From an uncultured bacterium (GTDB taxonomy: Bacteria > Patescibacteriota > Minisyncoccia > Phycocordibacterales > PALSA-1337), in NCBI GenBank assembly GCA_903872035.1, contig CAIQIZ010000029.1, forward strand, positions 479-64,478: a stretch of DNA of 64,000 nucleotides, read 5' to 3'. Positions 49,123-59,126 of this stretch are shown here, in pieces. Below the pieces are notes generated by a model. That model was not told where the DNA came from and did no database searches. It was given only the letters and a program-made list of their open reading frames with translations. Both the position numbers and the translations under genes were made by a program. Each line of letters begins with the position of its first letter. Positions within the stretch are counted from its first letter, which is position 1.

Positions 49123-50154
49123 ATGCCCTTCTCGCCTAACTATTTTCTCATATTCGAAGCCAGCGGCTTTCTTTTTTTCATAGTGATCTTGGCGCGTGAG
49201 ATATACCAGCGCAATTATGGCAAAATATTTGAGATTATAAGCTGCGCCGTCTTCGGCATGCTCTTGGAGATCGGCGACACTTACCTGGCACACACATATT
49301 CCTATGGCACGAATTTTCTGGTCAACCTAGCTCATGTGCCGGTGGCCATCGGTCTGGGCTGGTCGATCATCATCTATTCGGCCATGCTCCTGAGCGATCA
49401 ATACAATATCCCATGGATGCTTCGACCATTTATGGACGCTTTAACAGCCGTCATGCTGGATCTAGCCATTGATGCAGTAGCCATCCGTCTGGGCTTCTGG
49501 CACTGGGCCATACCGCTGGACCGAGAATGGTACGGGGTTCCTTTTGAGAATATCGTCGGATGGATCTTGGTCGTCCTATCATTTTCCTTCCTGATACGCT
49601 TCATCAGAACCTTGAATCACAAAAGGTTCTTTACCAAAGTCCTCATGGTACTCTCGCCGATACTTTCATACATGGGCCTCATGATCGGACTGTTGACCTT
49701 GAGCATCATAGCTATCCTTCCATATCAAATAAACAATTGGATGACACTGATCTGGTTCAAATACTCGCCTGACCTCTCGATACTCACCAATCCGCAAGTC
49801 GAGCTTTGGAAGTCTATCATCTTGACCATCATGATGACTGAGCTCATCAACATCGTCGTCTGGTCTCTCGTCAAATATCGCCGGAATTATTTGAGACATT
49901 TCGATATCGTCTCATTTACAGCCTTGTCAGGGATCCACCTCATATTTTTTGTGGCCATATTCACTGAAGGAATATATCTGCAATTGCCGGTTCTCGTCGC
50001 CATATCGCTGGTATGTTTCGTCGTCCATCTCCTCATCCACTTCTTACCATTCATGATCAATAGGAAATCGATCTATTTCTTTAAAGTCATAAAGAAGGCC
50101 ACGATCCATGGTGAGGAAAAGCTAGATGATGCCATTGAAGCGGTTTTGAAATGA
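49123..50154 (+). CDS. Multi-TM CruF/DUF422-like (carotenoid biosynthesis family) membrane protein
   Basis: LE..G..Y.Y, VP....GW, DLAIDAVA..WHW..WYGVPFENIVGW. Confidence 0.75.
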   Translation: MPFSPNYFLIFEASGFLFFIVILAREIYQRNYGKIFEIISCAVFGMLLEIGDTYLAHTYSYGTNFLVNLAHVPVAIGLGWSIIIYSAMLLSDQYNIPWMLRPFMDALTAVMLDLAIDAVAIRLGFWHWAIPLDREWYGVPFENIVGWILVVLSFSFLIRFIRTLNHKRFFTKVLMVLSPILSYMGLMIGLLTLSIIAILPYQINNWMTLIWFKYSPDLSILTNPQVELWKSIILTIMMTELINIVVWSLVKYRRNYLRHFDIVSFTALSGIHLIFFVAIFTEGIYLQLPVLVAISLVCFVVHLLIHFLPFMINRKSIYFFKVIKKATIHGEEKLDDAIEAVLK

Positions 50155-50157
50155 CAT

Positions 50158-50742
50158 CTAATACATACCGTACATGCCTCTGACTTCTGAAAGATGGAAG
50201 TCTAGATCCTTACGCAGCGGATGGTCAGGCCAGAGACGGATAAGCTCCTCGATGGTCTCGACATAGTGCTGTATCAAGTGGTCTTTTGGAACATTGAATC
50301 TTCTGAAAGTGCTGTCGCCTTCTTTGCGAAAATCAGCTAAAAGCTCAGTGCAGTTAGCAATGACGTCGGCTGATTTAACCAGAAGAGAATCTTGAGCCAT
50401 TACTGAAAGCTTTTTGACAGTGGCGCTCTTGTGGTCGACCCACGGAAGCTCCCTTTTGCTTTCCGTCACATCACTCACGATCCGGGCGACTTTGGCGCCG
50501 AAACGACGCTTGATCACGCTGACTGTGACCTTTTTTGTATCTAGACTGTCTTCAACAGTATCATGCAACAATCCAGCTACGATGATATCTTCATCATGCG
50601 AGATCCGCGAAAGAATCAGTCCGACTATGAGCGGGTGGATGATGTAAGGGATATCTTTTCCCTTTCTCTTCTGCTTTTGATCCAATTCATGGACCCTTAT
50701 GGCCATATGTATTGCAGCTTTGATTTTTTGTGTATATTCCAT
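50158..50742 (-). CDS. HD-domain hydrolase, small alarmone hydrolase (Mesh1/SpoT-HD-like)
   Basis: H..QKRKG..PYIIHP, AGLLHDTVED, VK.AD; ATG at 50742. Confidence 0.88.
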   Translation of the reverse strand: MEYTQKIKAAIHMAIRVHELDQKQKRKGKDIPYIIHPLIVGLILSRISHDEDIIVAGLLHDTVEDSLDTKKVTVSVIKRRFGAKVARIVSDVTESKRELPWVDHKSATVKKLSVMAQDSLLVKSADVIANCTELLADFRKEGDSTFRRFNVPKDHLIQHYVETIEELIRLWPDHPLRKDLDFHLSEVRGMYGMY

Positions 50743-50896
50743 GGCGATATTTTGAGTTTTGAAAGACGGAAGGTAGACATTGTAAACCAAATTATTTTGG
50801 CGCACAACTGCCGTTGTTCCTTGCAATCACCATAAAATGGTCTATCATACCTGCTAGATTCCTCTTTCAGATTAACTCCGAACGAAGACAGAACAA

Positions 50897-51157
50897 ATGA
50901 CTTTAATGGTTTTTGATCTCGCACAATACACAAAACGACAATTCGTCGACGCCCTGACCTGCCCAATAAATAGGCATGGGACACGCGTAGAGCACGGCTG
51001 CGACGATTGGGCATTGTATGAGCACCCAGAATGGCTCATGGCTCACTATTTCGCCAACGGCGGCCCTGAGGCGTTCGCTAGACGGCGAGACGAGTTCGTC
51101 AGGAACATCGAGGTTCCCGATCCTCCAGCTCACTTTGAGATAGAGTTCTATCTCTGA
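50897..51157 (+). CDS. Small hypothetical protein
   Basis: TTGCAA-16-TATCAT promoter and terminator near 51183-51209. Confidence 0.65.
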   Translation: MTLMVFDLAQYTKRQFVDALTCPINRHGTRVEHGCDDWALYEHPEWLMAHYFANGGPEAFARRRDEFVRNIEVPDPPAHFEIEFYL

Positions 51158-51210
51158 TTCATTTAACTGCACGAATCGACATCCGCCGTCGCTACGCTGC
51201 GGTTTTTTTG

Positions 51211-51582
51211 TTATTTAATGAGACAATCTTTGTATGTCGGGCTATTCGGATCTCCCTCTGTAATGAATGCCGTGTTCCCCTTGTTCCAGAAGACTATCGA
51301 CTCGTCGGTATTGGCATATCTAGCGCCGGAAGCAGAGATGGTCTGCGGCAATGTTAATTCTCCCAAACGTGCAGTCCTGATTCGCGCAAAATTTTTGTAG
51401 AACTCAGCATCGATCGATTTGGAATCAGCACAAGAAAAAGTCACGACATTTATCGGGTATCCCAAGATCTTCACAATAGCTACCTTATGGCCTAGATAAA
51501 AGCCAAAATAGAATACCGCCACAAACAGAATAATGGCAACGATCTGCGAAAAGACAGTGACTTTGGTCCAAATTATTTTCAT
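51211..51582 (-). CDS. MliC-family lysozyme inhibitor-like protein
   Basis: LPQTISASGARY..FWNKG..A motif. Confidence 0.85.
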   Translation of the reverse strand: MKIIWTKVTVFSQIVAIILFVAVFYFGFYLGHKVAIVKILGYPINVVTFSCADSKSIDAEFYKNFARIRTARLGELTLPQTISASGARYANTDESIVFWNKGNTAFITEGDPNSPTYKDCLIK

Positions 51583-51589
51583 GCGATTA

Positions 51590-54500
51590 TTATAACTTTA
51601 ATACATTCTTCACACCACTGACGACACGATCAAAAACATATACAGCGCCGGATGGAACGGCCCATAAAAGATTTTTGGTAAACGACCAGAGAAAGGTTGG
51701 AATGCTAGGCGGCGTGACTAAAACGGTTATTTCAGCATTTGGAGACACGCTATCCATTTCGAGGTTATCTTGTACCGACTGATTAGAATTTGAAACAGGG
51801 GCAGACTTCCTTACCAATACATTTGCGGGAGGATTATTTACAACTGGAGGCACCACGACATTATGTGCCTGTATATCTGCGAGAGTCGAGAACATGCCAT
51901 CGCCGGAAATAGCGCTATTACCAGATCCATCAGTCGAGATCACTGCGTAATGATAAGTCGTGCTCGGTGTAAGGCCGCTCAAAATGACAGAGTGATAAGC
52001 GCTTCTAGTCGAATCCAGGGACGTGAGCTGACCGTAAGTATAGTATAAGCCGTATTTAACCTGGTTAGTGGATAGCTCGTTGGTGTCCCAAGTTATCTCG
52101 ACACTGTTCTTGGTAACATTCGATACGCCAATAGAATAAAGTGACGGCGGTATACTGTCGACTGCTGCACTAAAATTGGCCGAAATAGTATGATTGGCGG
52201 AGATATTGGAAAATGTGTAGGTACCGTTCGTTAAGGAAGAGCTGTTGCCATCAACGACGAAGGAAGATACCTGATAGCCGGCATTGGGAACGATAGTAAA
52301 TGTCTGATTGCTTCCTGAACTTACCGTGATGATTCCGCTGGGAACGACCGAACCATTGGAACGGTAGGAGGAATCGATCGTGTAAGTTACTGTTGGATGA
52401 CTTGAGGCAGTCACAGTTACGCGGTCGGTCGAAGAACGAGATCCATCGGAAACTGAGACTTCTAACACATAGCTACCAGCTTGAGAGAATGTTGCAGTCG
52501 GAGAGATGTTGTGCAAGTTAGAGAATGTTACTGATCCGGGACCAGAGATCTTTGACCACGAGTATGTAAGCGAATCAGCATCAGGATCAGATGAAGCGGC
52601 TGCCGAAAGACTTGCCGTAGCTGGCAAAATAACGGTCTGATCTTGTCCTGCTTCCGCCACTGGAGACCTGTCCAAGTTTATGACAGAGACAGTGACAATC
52701 TTCGAAGCAGAAGCACCATGAGAGTCAGTCGCTGTGAAGGTCACTGCGTAATTTCCAGACTGACTGTACGTCGGTGTCCAAGAGAATGTTTGGTTTGAGA
52801 AATTGAAGGTAGCACCGCTCGGCATATTTGAAGTGCTATACGCTATCACATCACCGTCAGGGTCAGAAGCTGAAACTGTGAAACTCAAACTGGAGTTCTC
52901 ATTGACTGACTTATCACTGATCGCCGTGAACGTAGGCGCGTGATTGCTCTGCTGAGCTGAAAAACTGGCTACGATCGTATGATTGGCGGATATATTGGAG
53001 AGCGTATATGTATTGGCTGTAAGAGAAACTCCAGATCCATCCACGGTCACATTTGAGATTTGATATCCAGGATTGGCGGACACTATGAAAGCCTGGCTGC
53101 TGCCTGAATTTACCGTGACTGAACCGCTTGGCGCGATCGAACCATTAGATCCTGCTGAAGCCGAAATAGTATATGTGACTCTGGGAATATTCACTGGCAA
53201 AGTTACGGTTACTACAGCAGACCTTGATACTGAAACATTCCCTGATCCGTCTTTTGCCCAGGCATATAGGGTCTTTGTTCCTGCCGATGCAAATGTGTAT
53301 GTCGTAGGAGCTGCCGATAACCAACCGGCTGCCCCGGAAGACGGTGTCGTAGCGCCGGTATAGATAGATGTCGCATTTCCAGCACCAGCTGTTTGGCCTT
53401 GCGAACTACCATCTGACTCTGTGACCATGTATCCACTAACGCCAGAAACGATCTGTCCGCTCGTCGAAGGATCACTAGCCACAACAGTGATCGGGACCGT
53501 CAACGAACTGGCTGTTGTAGGCACGGTGAATGTGGTGACGATAGGTATAGTCATATCAGAGCCTGGAGGAGACGCTGGAATATTTGTAACATTTACGTAT
53601 AGTCTACGAATCAAACTATTTGAAACATTGCCAGCTGCATCTTTTGCCCAGGCATACAGAGTCTTTGCGCCACCAGAAGCAACAGTGTAACTAGCTGGTG
53701 CCGTTGCCGACCAGCCGGATGCTGTCGCTAACGGCTTTGTCGACGACTCAGTTATCATATACCCGGTGACTGCCGTCGAATCGACCGCAGTGAGCGAACT
53801 CACCGGGATCGTAAGCGACGTGACCGGACTAGGAGTGAGAAAAGCTGTAACCGTCGGAGGAGTGACATCGAGGTAGGGGTCACCGCTCGAAGATGTCACA
53901 TTTATCGTAACCGATCCCTGAAGAGACGAGACCTGATCATCTGGCGGTGCCCAAACACCGGTCATAGAGATATTCAAAGTAAACTGTGTATGATTTTGAA
54001 TATTAAATATAGCCGAATTCGCCACCAATATCTGACCGGCCGAGTCGATTGAGAATGCCCCGCTTTCATTCCCGCTATTTATCGTAAATCCTCTCGCCTG
54101 GATCGCGTCTGATTGCGAATAAGCGACCTTTCCTACCACAGTACCATTCGCTGCAGATCTATCCACAGTGAATGTCTGAGATTGGATAGTAGGCGGAGTG
54201 TATGAGTTAAAACAGGACATATCCAGGGTCGTCACTTGGTAGATATTGGGATTATTCCCAAGATCAGTCATGGCCTGGTTTATTTCAGGAATATACGCTC
54301 CGACCATAGATGCAATTCCACCACCATGCTGAACTGAAACCAAAATCAAGGTGTTATTGATGAGAAAAAAGCTGGGATGACCAGAGTCCCCGTCATAGGC
54401 CATTTGTGAAAGAAACGGTGTCGCTGCCCAAGTGATAGCTTCCAGACCGAACGGATAGAAGGCGGAATTGGAAGAGTATGCTGTCGTATTATCGCCGCCA

Positions 54501-55204
54501 TTATCGATTTTTCGTATCAAAAATTCGTTAAGCTGATCGAAAAAGATCATTGGCACGTAGAGCGATTGCGATATATGAGAAGACAAATCTGAGCTGGATA
54601 TCACTGGATAATACGCAACTGTGCTGGGTAAATCACTATCAAAGACAACCAGGGCCAGATCGGTTGAACCGATCTCTTTCAACCCCACGACTGTACGGGT
54701 GTAATCGACGCCGTCGGTACCACGGAACAAGACTATTTGATTGAGGTGCACTCCATAACCATTCAAATGCCACGCCGTTAGAGCATGCCTGGGACTGATC
54801 AGAGTAAATCCATAGAAATCGGTGGCAGTGTGGACAATGCTATGACCAGTAAAATTGAGACCAGTCGGCCAAGTACGCAAATAATAACTGGGACTACCAT
54901 TAGGGTCTCTGTTAACATTGGTTGTCGCGTCGGATGGTATAGAGACTCCATTGATCTTACCTTTCAGCTGGCTGAATAATTCCGTATACAAGTACTTTGA
55001 GGCGGGACATGATGAAAGATGGAAAACCGGACCACTAAAACCGACGACTTGTGCCTTCAAGACGTTCGGATTCAGCAATGAAACTGTTCTATTAATCGAG
55101 CTATATTGTGTGCAAATAACAATTAAGGAGGCGACGATAAAAAAACTAATTATGGGCGAAACCTTAGGAGAATTTTTTATGCAAAACTGCATACGGATAT
55201 ACAC
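51590..55204 (-). CDS. Large surface protein: trypsin-like domain, cadherin/Ig/PKD repeats, FN3
   Basis: LTAWH, TDL and GDSGHP triad-like motifs; LYAWAKD Ig repeats; PVAEAGQDQ PKD; C-terminal amphipathic tail; start may be ATG near 55192. Confidence 0.85.
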   Translation of the reverse strand: MYIRMQFCIKNSPKVSPIISFFIVASLIVICTQYSSINRTVSLLNPNVLKAQVVGFSGPVFHLSSCPASKYLYTELFSQLKGKINGVSIPSDATTNVNRDPNGSPSYYLRTWPTGLNFTGHSIVHTATDFYGFTLISPRHALTAWHLNGYGVHLNQIVLFRGTDGVDYTRTVVGLKEIGSTDLALVVFDSDLPSTVAYYPVISSSDLSSHISQSLYVPMIFFDQLNEFLIRKIDNGGDNTTAYSSNSAFYPFGLEAITWAATPFLSQMAYDGDSGHPSFFLINNTLILVSVQHGGGIASMVGAYIPEINQAMTDLGNNPNIYQVTTLDMSCFNSYTPPTIQSQTFTVDRSAANGTVVGKVAYSQSDAIQARGFTINSGNESGAFSIDSAGQILVANSAIFNIQNHTQFTLNISMTGVWAPPDDQVSSLQGSVTINVTSSSGDPYLDVTPPTVTAFLTPSPVTSLTIPVSSLTAVDSTAVTGYMITESSTKPLATASGWSATAPASYTVASGGAKTLYAWAKDAAGNVSNSLIRRLYVNVTNIPASPPGSDMTIPIVTTFTVPTTASSLTVPITVVASDPSTSGQIVSGVSGYMVTESDGSSQGQTAGAGNATSIYTGATTPSSGAAGWLSAAPTTYTFASAGTKTLYAWAKDGSGNVSVSRSAVVTVTLPVNIPRVTYTISASAGSNGSIAPSGSVTVNSGSSQAFIVSANPGYQISNVTVDGSGVSLTANTYTLSNISANHTIVASFSAQQSNHAPTFTAISDKSVNENSSLSFTVSASDPDGDVIAYSTSNMPSGATFNFSNQTFSWTPTYSQSGNYAVTFTATDSHGASASKIVTVSVINLDRSPVAEAGQDQTVILPATASLSAAASSDPDADSLTYSWSKISGPGSVTFSNLHNISPTATFSQAGSYVLEVSVSDGSRSSTDRVTVTASSHPTVTYTIDSSYRSNGSVVPSGIITVSSGSNQTFTIVPNAGYQVSSFVVDGNSSSLTNGTYTFSNISANHTISANFSAAVDSIPPSLYSIGVSNVTKNSVEITWDTNELSTNQVKYGLYYTYGQLTSLDSTRSAYHSVILSGLTPSTTYHYAVISTDGSGNSAISGDGMFSTLADIQAHNVVVPPVVNNPPANVLVRKSAPVSNSNQSVQDNLEMDSVSPNAEITVLVTPPSIPTFLWSFTKNLLWAVPSGAVYVFDRVVSGVKNVLKL

Positions 55205-55206
55205 TA

Positions 55207-56685
55207 TTATAACTTTAATACATTCTTCACACCACTGACGACACGATCAAAAGCGTACTGGAAAAAAGATGGGATGGCGAATACAATTTCCTTGGTAAAT
55301 GACCAGATAAATGCCGGAATGCTGGGCGGCGTTGCAGATGCTATATCCTGACTAATAGGGGAATTTAATATGATAGGGGTGACTTTCTGATCAGATGGGG
55401 CCGGTGTCTTATTGGCAGGCTGGGAGATCTTTTTTGTTACGGATACATTGGCAGGTGGATCGTGCACAACCGGAGGACTAATGATTACTGGCGGATCGAT
55501 AGCGGCATGAGTCTGCACCGGAGATGGACTTATAGTAGCGGCCACGGCAGTGAAATTGGCCATGATCGTATGATTGGCAGTGATATTAGTAAATGTATAA
55601 GTACTATTGGTCAGCGAACCATTGTTATTATCGACAATGACACTGGCGGTTTGGTATCCAGGGTCGGGAATCAAGGTGAAGGTCTGATTGCTTCCGGAAT
55701 TCACCGTCAACTTTCCATTTGGAGAGATGCGTCCGTTCGGATTAGCGGAGGAATTAATAGTGTAGGTGACCATCGGAACGTTAGAAACAGTCATCGTGAT
55801 ACGGTCAGTTGAAGACTTTGTTCCATCTGAAACTGCCAGTTCGATCACATATACGCCAGACTGTGAAAAAGAGGCGGCCGAAGCGACAGTGTGATAACTG
55901 GAAAACGAGACGAGTCCTGGACCAGAGACCTTTGACCACGAATATGTTAACGGATCATTGTCGGGATCGTACGAAGCTGCCGCCGAAAGATTTGCCGAGG
56001 CTGGCAAGCCGATGGTCTGGTCCTGCCCCGCCTCCGCAACTGGAGGCCGGTCGATGTTCACGACCGAGATTGTGACGATTTCAGAAGCAGATACGCCATG
56101 AGTATCAGTAGCTGTGAAGATCACAGAGTAAATGCCCGACTGGTAGTATGTCGGCGTCCAAGAGAATGTTCGACTCGTTGAGTCGAAACTGGCACCACTT
56201 GGCAGATTTGAAGCGGAATAAGTCAGAGTGCCACCATTAGATGGAGATGCGGTAACAGTGAAATTCAATGCGGAACTTTCATTGACAGATTTATTCCCTG
56301 TCGCCACGAAAACAGGCGGGTGCTGGTCTGGCAGCGCAGAAAAACTAACTGCGATCGTATGAGTGGCGATGACATTAGAAAACGTATACGAACCGTTCGT
56401 CAGAGAAACCCCGCTTCCATCGACCACCGCATTCGAAACTTGATATCCCGAGTTAACGGAAACAATGAAGGCCTTACTGCTTCCGGAATTCGCAGTGATC
56501 GTGCCACTCGGTGCTATAGAACCGTTCGGACCGGCGAAAGCAGTAATAGAATATGTAGCCGCCTGACTGGAATCAGCACTCATGGTGGTCGGTCGATATT
56601 GCGTGCAAATAACGATAGTTAATGCAACGAGCAATAAGCTGAGGATCCGTGATACTTCGCGTGAGTTAAATATTTGAGACCGCAT
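55207..56685 (-). CDS. Surface Ig/PKD-repeat protein, paralog of the adjacent gene
   Basis: Same repeat order and an identical last 15 aa (FDRVVSGVKNVLKL plus stop region). Confidence 0.85.
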   Translation of the reverse strand: MRSQIFNSREVSRILSLLLVALTIVICTQYRPTTMSADSSQAATYSITAFAGPNGSIAPSGTITANSGSSKAFIVSVNSGYQVSNAVVDGSGVSLTNGSYTFSNVIATHTIAVSFSALPDQHPPVFVATGNKSVNESSALNFTVTASPSNGGTLTYSASNLPSGASFDSTSRTFSWTPTYYQSGIYSVIFTATDTHGVSASEIVTISVVNIDRPPVAEAGQDQTIGLPASANLSAAASYDPDNDPLTYSWSKVSGPGLVSFSSYHTVASAASFSQSGVYVIELAVSDGTKSSTDRITMTVSNVPMVTYTINSSANPNGRISPNGKLTVNSGSNQTFTLIPDPGYQTASVIVDNNNGSLTNSTYTFTNITANHTIMANFTAVAATISPSPVQTHAAIDPPVIISPPVVHDPPANVSVTKKISQPANKTPAPSDQKVTPIILNSPISQDIASATPPSIPAFIWSFTKEIVFAIPSFFQYAFDRVVSGVKNVLKL

Positions 56686-56779
56686 GATAGAATATTTTCA
56701 TAATTGTAGCATTGAAATAGTTTTTTAGGAGGCCTTCGTTATACGGAAGCTTACACAAGTCCCCGCTTGACGCTATAAT

Positions 56780-57745
56780 GTGACCATGAGGCGTTTTGTA
56801 TACGTTATATCCCTAGCTATACTGGTAATCGCAGGTATTTTCATGTACCAAAGATCAGCCATCGTCCAGCAGGTGTTCAATAAGATAGCAATCGGCATAA
56901 AGAATGCGTATTCTCCACCGGTACCCTGCACTCAACCTACCCTGTATTCAGTAGATTCATTCGACGACCGATTTGGCATAGATGTCGGTCAATTCCGGGT
57001 CGATATTGCCAAAGCCGCCACTGTTTGGAACGCCGCTCTGGGAAAAACGCTTTTCAAATACGATCCCGCCGGCCCATTGAAGGTTAACTTGATCTACGAT
57101 TACCGCGAACAAGCTACAGTCCAATTGAAGAAGATAGACATGGCCATAAGCACAGACAAAGGCACCTACGAGGCACTCAAAGCGAAATATGACAGTCTCC
57201 AGCAACAATATTCAGTCCGTAAGGCTTCCCTCCAATCGAGAACCGACTCATACAATCAAGCGCTATCAGCTTACAATGCCCTGGTGGCTTCCTGGAACGA
57301 CCGTGGCGGCGCTCCGCAGGCTGAATATCAGAATCTCCAGACAACAAAGCAAAACCTGGCAAACCAAGCAGCTTCTATTACAAAAGACCGCGCATCTTTC
57401 AACCAATTGGTAGAAAACTTGAATTCAACGGCCGCCGAACTAAATAGCCTCGGCCGGACACTGAACATGAACGTCAAAAATTATAATACCGTCGGAGCCT
57501 CGACTGGCGAGCAATTCAGCGAGGGCGAATATGTGCAAGATTCAGGCAGTACGCGCATCGATATCTACCAGTTCAAAGATGAGAATCAGCTCATCCGAGT
57601 CCTAGAACACGAGCTCGGTCACGCCCTCGGACTGGGGCACGTCAATGATCCCAAAGCCATCATGTATTATCTGAACTCGGGAACAAATGAGAAGCTGACA
57701 GAGGCAGATCTCTCCGAATTGAATGCGATCTGCAGCCAAAAGTAG
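56780..57745 (+). CDS. Matrixin-family zinc metalloprotease with coiled-coil insertion
   Basis: HELGHALGLGH plus Met-turn AIMY; N-terminal TM. Confidence 0.9.
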   Translation: MTMRRFVYVISLAILVIAGIFMYQRSAIVQQVFNKIAIGIKNAYSPPVPCTQPTLYSVDSFDDRFGIDVGQFRVDIAKAATVWNAALGKTLFKYDPAGPLKVNLIYDYREQATVQLKKIDMAISTDKGTYEALKAKYDSLQQQYSVRKASLQSRTDSYNQALSAYNALVASWNDRGGAPQAEYQNLQTTKQNLANQAASITKDRASFNQLVENLNSTAAELNSLGRTLNMNVKNYNTVGASTGEQFSEGEYVQDSGSTRIDIYQFKDENQLIRVLEHELGHALGLGHVNDPKAIMYYLNSGTNEKLTEADLSELNAICSQK

Positions 57746-57796
57746 CGGTCAGGTAATATTATATCGAGGCTTGGCTTTTGAAGGAATTGAACTATA

Positions 57797-58090
57797 ATGC
57801 AGACAGAGAAAGGCCTCCATATGATAGACGATGAAACTTCAAAAAGTATCATGGCTGGTAGGCTCATCAGACTTGAAACTACCTGCGCCATCGAAGACGA
57901 GGTTATGAACCTAAAGGCGTGGCTCCAGCAATTCCGGCCTGTCGTCACCGTCAATGTTTTTACGGAACAAAACATTACTCGAGCGACATTGTGGATCGGC
58001 GCCCTGCCGCTCGATCGACGATCGCTTTTAGCCGGTACTCTGCGATCCAATCGTCTCAACTTCCGAATTCTGAACGGCAACTCGAGCTGA
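57797..58090 (+). CDS. Hypothetical protein
   Basis: 97-aa ORF between called genes. Confidence 0.45.
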   Translation: MQTEKGLHMIDDETSKSIMAGRLIRLETTCAIEDEVMNLKAWLQQFRPVVTVNVFTEQNITRATLWIGALPLDRRSLLAGTLRSNRLNFRILNGNSS

Positions 58091-58180
58091 CGCTTCAAGT
58101 ATCATCTCGAAAACGACGTTCACGTGATGTTAAATACCTATCGTGAACGCTTTTTTGTCCAACATAGCCTACACACAACA

Positions 58181-58576
58181 ATGAATCATCAAAATCAAAA
58201 TCGGATCTTCGTCTTTGGAAACCCTGACTTGGAGATGGATTCATTGCCTTTCAAACTCATGCCAAAGCTTGCCGAAGCCTTCCCTTCCATGCGATTCGAA
58301 TTGAAAGATCCAAATGAGGAATGGGATGTACCAGAAGAAATGGTAGTCATAGATGCTGTTATCGACTTGGAAAAGGTCACCATTTTCAATGACTTGGAAT
58401 CGTTCGACGCTTCGCCGCATCTTTCCATGCATGATTTTGATGCGCTCTCCAATCTAAAATACTTAAAGAAACTAGGTAAACTCAAGAAAATTACCATCAT
58501 TGGAGTACCCGTAGGGATAACTGAAGAGGAAGCATTTGAAAATATCACCAAAAGAATCAGAGAGGTCGTGAACTAG
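58181..58576 (+). CDS. Hydrogenase maturation protease-like protein
   Basis: VFGNPDLEMD, VVIDAV, SMHD motifs; next to the hydrogenase. Confidence 0.8.
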   Translation: MNHQNQNRIFVFGNPDLEMDSLPFKLMPKLAEAFPSMRFELKDPNEEWDVPEEMVVIDAVIDLEKVTIFNDLESFDASPHLSMHDFDALSNLKYLKKLGKLKKITIIGVPVGITEEEAFENITKRIREVVN

Positions 58577-58608
58577 AGACAAAAAAGCGACCTCGCGAGG
58601 CCGCCGTG

Positions 58609-59064
58609 TTAGATCGATCCATCCTTCTCAACTTCGGCAATGCCAAACAAATGGCAGTAAACCAAATCATCAGTGGCAATAGGAAGCTTGTACCTGTTGA
58701 AGGCACGAAATTTCTTGTCGCCAACAGCGATCAGAGCAGAAATCTCGTTGAAGCTCAGAACTTTACCGACAACGGTATCACATTGGCGCACTCGGCCTTT
58801 ATGCTTCCGCCAGAATGGTCTGACCAAATCTGTAGGCCAATCAGACAGAGTTCGAATGTCAAATCCAGTCTCTTGTGCAAATCGACCAGTCGCTGCCTGA
58901 TAGCAGTTTACCAACAATCTCGTATCTGGCTCTTCGTTTTGATCGACGCACCTGGTCAATTCATCAGCTTCGAACTGTCTAATTTGGCCCCGCTTTACCC
59001 TGAGGTCCAAGCAGAAATATGCGTATCGCAAGAAAAGCAGCTTTCCTGGTATATCAGAAATCAA
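58609..59064 (-). CDS. Hydrogenase-associated protein (DUF6390/HypC-like C-terminus)
   Basis: LLFLRYAY N-terminus and DDLVYCH C-terminal motif; directly downstream of the large subunit. Confidence 0.55.
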   Translation of the reverse strand: MISDIPGKLLFLRYAYFCLDLRVKRGQIRQFEADELTRCVDQNEEPDTRLLVNCYQAATGRFAQETGFDIRTLSDWPTDLVRPFWRKHKGRVRQCDTVVGKVLSFNEISALIAVGDKKFRAFNRYKLPIATDDLVYCHLFGIAEVEKDGSI

Positions 59065-59126
59065 GTTTCCTTTCTAAAGGCCACAATAATTGGAGCCGAT
59101 TTATTATCTAAAATTAGGATAGCACC

